Part shown: positions 43,711-47,307 of the stretch, one piece after another
Numbering within the stretch: position 1 is the stretch's first letter
Layout: the number at the start of each line of letters is the position of its first letter
NCBI GenBank assembly: GCA_001768975.1
Contig: MEND01000029.1
Location: forward strand, 1-47,307
Origin: Bacteroidetes bacterium GWA2_31_9
GTDB lineage: Bacteria; Bacteroidota; Bacteroidia; Bacteroidales; GWF2-33-38
Direction of reading: 5' to 3'
Length of the DNA stretch: 47,307 nucleotides
Made by a program: the position numbers and the translations under genes
Notes under the pieces: generated by a model
The model's database searches: none
What the model was told of the DNA's origin: nothing
The model's input: the letters and a program-made list of their open reading frames with translations, nothing else

Positions 43711-46602
43711 ATGAATATCATTAATAAAATTTGGAGTGTTCTATATAAAGACCTACCAGTTCATGTTAAGTTTTATATATCATTTTTTTGGATTTTACTA
43801 TTTATAGCAATATCATTTACAAGCGTTTATATCCACACAAACAATTCTGCTAAAAATAATAAAATACTTGATTATTCTAATTTAGCATTATCCAAAAGTC
43901 AAAAATTATTTTCGCTTACATCATTAGCTATAAATGAAGATTTATCAGTTAGTAGTCCTGCAAAACAAAATTTAAACCATGAATTGATTGAAATAAATAC
44001 CATTTATAATAATCTGAAATATGGCGGAATTATTTTCAATTCCGATAACTCTCAAACATATATTAAAGCTATTAAAGACGAAAAAACTCTTGTAAAATTG
44101 AACGAAGTTGAAAAGATTTTCAATGAGCAAAAAAAACTATTTTCAGTAATTGTTAAAGAAACAACATTTTTAAACGAATTAAATATTAAGCCATACACAA
44201 TTCTTGATAGCACTTCAACTTCACAGAATCTAAACGTTATTACTTTAATGAATCCAATAGTTAAATCTGCAATTAAAGAAATAAATTCTTATGCTATTGA
44301 AAATTCATTAATTACAAATAATGAACAACTATGCGAAATGATTAAACAATATAATACTGCAAATGAGAATATATTTCTGTCACTTTTTATTTTAATTAAT
44401 ATTATTGCATTAATAATCATATTATTTAACTTTTTTATTCTTCAAATATTCATTGTAAGTCCAATTAACAAAATTGCTAAAGCATCTGTTGAAATTGCAA
44501 AAGGAGATTTAAAAACTAAACTTTCGCACAAAATAAATGACAATCTTGGACTTATTGTTTCGTCAATTAAATCATTAATTGAAAATTTAAAAAATGCTTC
44601 AGAATTTACAATTAAAATTGGACAAGGAAATTATGATGCAAACCTAGAAGTAATAAAAGATGGAAATATTGACGAAAAAGACAATTTGAATGTTGCGTTA
44701 ATGAACATGCGCGATAAACTTAAAAGCGTTGCAGAAGAAGAAAAACGAAGAAATTGGGCAACATCTGGTTTTGCGATTTTTGGAGAAATTCTTCGCCAAG
44801 ATAACGATAACATCGAAAAGCTATCATACAACATTATTAAAAATCTTGTAAAATTCATGGATATTAATCAAGCAGGGATGTTTTTATTAAACGAGTCTGA
44901 AGATAACAAATTCCTTGAAATGACTGCTTGCCATGCCTATGACAGAAAGAAATTTTCAGACCGAAAAGTAAATATTGGAGAAGGATTTATTGGCACATGC
45001 TTTATCGAAAAAGAAACAATTTATGTAACTGATGTTCCTACTGATTATATTAATATTACATCAGGTTTAGGAGATGCCCCTCCACGTAGCATTCTAATAG
45101 TTCCAATGAAACTAAACGATGTTGTGTATGGTATTTTAGAATTAGCATCATTTACTAGCTTTGAAAAATATCAAATTGAATTTGTTGAAAAAGTTGGAGA
45201 AAGCGTTGCATCAACTATTTCGACAGTAAAAATCAACATCCAAACTTCTAAGCTTCTAACTAAATCGCAACAACAAACCGAAATTCTATTGCAACAAGAA
45301 GAAGAAATGCGTCAAAATCTTGAAGAATTACATTCAACTCAAGATGAAATTTTAAAACGCGAATCAGAAATCACGGGCATTGTAAATGCAATAGATAACA
45401 CAATTGCAAAAGCCGAACTTCAATTAAATGGAGTAATTATTAATGTAAATGCTAAGTTTAATAAAGTTTTTGAAGTAGAAAAAACAAATCTTACAAACCA
45501 TAATATTAAAAAATTCATTGATGATAATCAATTCGATATTTTTGATGAAAGCTTCGAAATAGTCTCATCTGGTGAAAGTTCCGATTTTACTATAAAAGGA
45601 CATACTGCAAAAAATACAAAAAAATGGCTACTTTGTTCTGTTACACCTGTTTTTGATTCAAATAAACAAATTGCTAAAGTACTGTTTATGGCAATTGACG
45701 TAACTCAACAAAAAGAACTTGAATCGGAATTAGCTCAAAAAGACGAGCTTCAAAAGCAAGAAATTGAAAAACTAATTCACGAAAACAACCAAAAACTTGA
45801 AGAAATAATTGCAACTCAAGAAGAATCAACAAAGCGAGAAACTGAGCTTTCTGCAATTATAAATGGAATAAACGAATCTTTAGGTTCTTATGAATTTGAT
45901 GAAAAAGGAATAGTACTCAATGTAAACAGAATGTTTCTTGATATAACTGGGTTAAAAGAAAATGAGATAATTGGACAATCAATTATTGACTTTATGCCTG
46001 TTGAAAAACAAAAGTTAATGTACGACTTATTACCTAAGCTTTTTAAAGGCGACAAACACTCTGGTCCACATCAATTTATATTTAAAGGAGTTGAAAAATG
46101 GTGTTTCGAAACCTATACCCCTGTAAAATCTTCTAATGGTAATTTTAATAAAATATTAGTTCTTGCCAACGAAATTACTCAAGTTGTTATGCAAGATCGC
46201 AAAATGAAGACACAATCCGATGAATTAATGGCACAACAAGAAGAGTTGCGTCAGAATATGGAAGAAATGCAAACACTTCAGGAAGATACTTTAAAGAGAA
46301 TGGAAGAAGCTGAAAATTTAAAAAATCAATTAGCAGAAAAAGACAAACTTCAAAGTATCGAAATTGAAAAACTAACTAATGAAAATAATCAGAAACTTCA
46401 AGAATTAATAAAAATTCAGGAAAAAATTCTAAAAGATGCAGAAGAGCAAAGAACTAAAGATGAACTAATCGTAAAACAAGCAAAAGAAGAAGCACAAATT
46501 CAAATTCTAAATATGGAAGAAGATTTCTTTATGAAGCAAAAAGAATTGAAAAAGAAATTAAAAGCAGCAACTTTAGAATTAGAAGCTACAAAAAATAATT
46601 AA
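43711..46602 (+). CDS. Membrane sensor protein: periplasmic helical (PilJ/NarX-like) domain, HAMP, GAF, two PAS-like modules separated by repeated coiled coils; no recognisable output domain
   Basis: Two TM helices lie at about aa 20-42 and 220-245. HAMP is SPINKIAKASVEIAKGDLKTKL...DNLGLIVSSIKSLIENL. GAF is ...GEGFIGTCFIEKETIYVTDVP...SILIVPMKLNDVVYGILELASF. Three coiled-coil heptad blocks of the QQEE.RQN.EE....Q type are present. The sequence ends in a Lys/Glu coiled coil with no H-box, GGDEF, MCP signalling or HTH motif visible. Confidence 0.75.
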   Translation: MNIINKIWSVLYKDLPVHVKFYISFFWILLFIAISFTSVYIHTNNSAKNNKILDYSNLALSKSQKLFSLTSLAINEDLSVSSPAKQNLNHELIEINTIYNNLKYGGIIFNSDNSQTYIKAIKDEKTLVKLNEVEKIFNEQKKLFSVIVKETTFLNELNIKPYTILDSTSTSQNLNVITLMNPIVKSAIKEINSYAIENSLITNNEQLCEMIKQYNTANENIFLSLFILINIIALIIILFNFFILQIFIVSPINKIAKASVEIAKGDLKTKLSHKINDNLGLIVSSIKSLIENLKNASEFTIKIGQGNYDANLEVIKDGNIDEKDNLNVALMNMRDKLKSVAEEEKRRNWATSGFAIFGEILRQDNDNIEKLSYNIIKNLVKFMDINQAGMFLLNESEDNKFLEMTACHAYDRKKFSDRKVNIGEGFIGTCFIEKETIYVTDVPTDYINITSGLGDAPPRSILIVPMKLNDVVYGILELASFTSFEKYQIEFVEKVGESVASTISTVKINIQTSKLLTKSQQQTEILLQQEEEMRQNLEELHSTQDEILKRESEITGIVNAIDNTIAKAELQLNGVIINVNAKFNKVFEVEKTNLTNHNIKKFIDDNQFDIFDESFEIVSSGESSDFTIKGHTAKNTKKWLLCSVTPVFDSNKQIAKVLFMAIDVTQQKELESELAQKDELQKQEIEKLIHENNQKLEEIIATQEESTKRETELSAIINGINESLGSYEFDEKGIVLNVNRMFLDITGLKENEIIGQSIIDFMPVEKQKLMYDLLPKLFKGDKHSGPHQFIFKGVEKWCFETYTPVKSSNGNFNKILVLANEITQVVMQDRKMKTQSDELMAQQEELRQNMEEMQTLQEDTLKRMEEAENLKNQLAEKDKLQSIEIEKLTNENNQKLQELIKIQEKILKDAEEQRTKDELIVKQAKEEAQIQILNMEEDFFMKQKELKKKLKAATLELEATKNN

Positions 46603-46642
46603 TTAATTGAGTATGTATGATATTGAAGTTAAATTAAGATTT

Positions 46643-46740
46643 ATAGGTATAAAGGAACATAGGTATAAAGGTATTAAAATGATAATCATTTTACCATTTA
46701 GTATTTCCTGATTTCCTTATACCATATATCCTCTATACCT
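46643..46740 (+). promoter_or_regulatory. Cluster of three GGTAT and three TACC(A/T) half-sites in inverted arrangement upstream of the two-CW gene
   Basis: The sequence reads ataGGTATaaaggaacataGGTATaaaGGTATtaaaatgataatcatttTACCAtttagtatttcctgatttccttaTACCAtatatcctctaTACCt. The half-sites resemble those of the 37-42 kb operators. Confidence 0.35.
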
Positions 46741-46808
46741 TTTTATTAAAATACATCTCTCGTATATTTTCATTGAATAGATTAACAATAAACAAAAAGT
46801 TAAATAAT

Positions 46809-47108
46809 ATGGAAAAACAAAACTGTTGGGAATACAAAAATTGTGGACGTGAACAAGGCGGTGCAAAAGTAGCCGAACTAGGTGTTTGCCCTGCTTCAAC
46901 AGAAACAAAAGCTAATGGTATTAATAATGGCATAAATGCTGGCAGAGCATGTTGGGCAGTAGCAGGTACATTATGTGGAGGAACAGTGCAGGGCGAATAT
47001 GCTTCAAAAATGCAAAATTGCTTGGCTTGCGATTTTTACACAGTAGTTCAGGATGAGGAAGATGATGATTATATGCTCACAAAAGAGATATTGAAAAAAT
47101 TGTCTTAA
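46809..47108 (+). CDS. Small Cys-rich protein with two Cys-Trp motifs ('two-CW domain'-like) and an acidic C-terminal tail
   Basis: MEKQNCWEYKNCGREQGG...GVCPA...GRACWAVAGTLCGG...QNCLACDFY has 7 Cys and two CW dipeptides in the pattern I remember for the two-CW domain. I prefer ATG 46809 to the TTG at 46773 in the ORF track. Confidence 0.65.
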   Translation: MEKQNCWEYKNCGREQGGAKVAELGVCPASTETKANGINNGINAGRACWAVAGTLCGGTVQGEYASKMQNCLACDFYTVVQDEEDDDYMLTKEILKKLS

Positions 47109-47307
47109 TTCATTGCCAATTTATTTAAATCTGTGAAATCTCCCGATGAAAAATTGATACAAGTCGGATTAATAAAATCAAAACCATAAACTATTCAATA
47201 CCAGATAAATAAAAATTAAAAATGGAATTATATATCAATGTCGTTTAGTTAAGCAAAAGTAGATAAAATATTGAAAATTAATAAAAAAAGAGTTCTTTGA
47301 AATTTTG

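Noticed and set aside
46717-46933. Two minus-strand ORFs (63 and 66 aa) overlapping the start of the two-CW gene
   Set aside because: They overlap each other and the better-supported Cys-rich ORF on the plus strand. No motifs were recognised.

Overview
Visibly AT-rich chromosomal segment of Bacteroidota type, judged from a T9SS C-terminal sorting domain, SprB repeats, TAnnTTTG -7 promoter boxes and the absence of Shine-Dalgarno sequences. I support 28 protein-coding genes. I saw no tRNA, rRNA or CRISPR array. About half of the coding capacity is signal transduction. Left part (1-20.5 kb): a partial SprB-repeat T9SS cargo protein, a BtrH-like cysteine peptidase plus ABC-2 exporter operon, a four-helix-bundle protein, an OmpA-family protein, an alpha-oxoamine synthase, a LytS/LytTR two-component pair, a 1249-aa PAS/receiver/PPDK_N fusion, Pit plus DUF47, and an acidic-tail protein. 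Middle (20.6-29.5 kb): a minus-strand phosphorelay cluster of CheY-like REC, two REC-DHp proteins without an ATPase domain, a 1556-aa multi-PAS hybrid kinase, and REC-PP2C. This cluster carries tandem 8-bp repeat arrays, a duplicated spacer and a mosaic gene. Then come queA, a class II Fic gene with a palindrome over its promoter, and ygiQ. Right part (34.5-43.1 kb) is my best candidate for an undescribed system. It holds a NarX-like kinase and a NarL/LuxR regulator, followed by an orphan EB_dh-like heme lipoprotein, a stand-alone copy of the regulator's HTH, ChrA, a NapH-like membrane polyferredoxin, a candidate small RNA and a diheme cytochrome c lipoprotein. Each of these units is preceded by the same TGGTA-N6/7-TACCA palindrome, centred 41.5-43 bp upstream of a -7 box. 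Two members of one MITE family with 8-bp target-site duplications flank this region. The window ends with a HAMP-GAF sensor that has no output domain and a small Cys-rich 'two-CW'-like protein. All functional calls come from motif recognition by eye. No searches were run.
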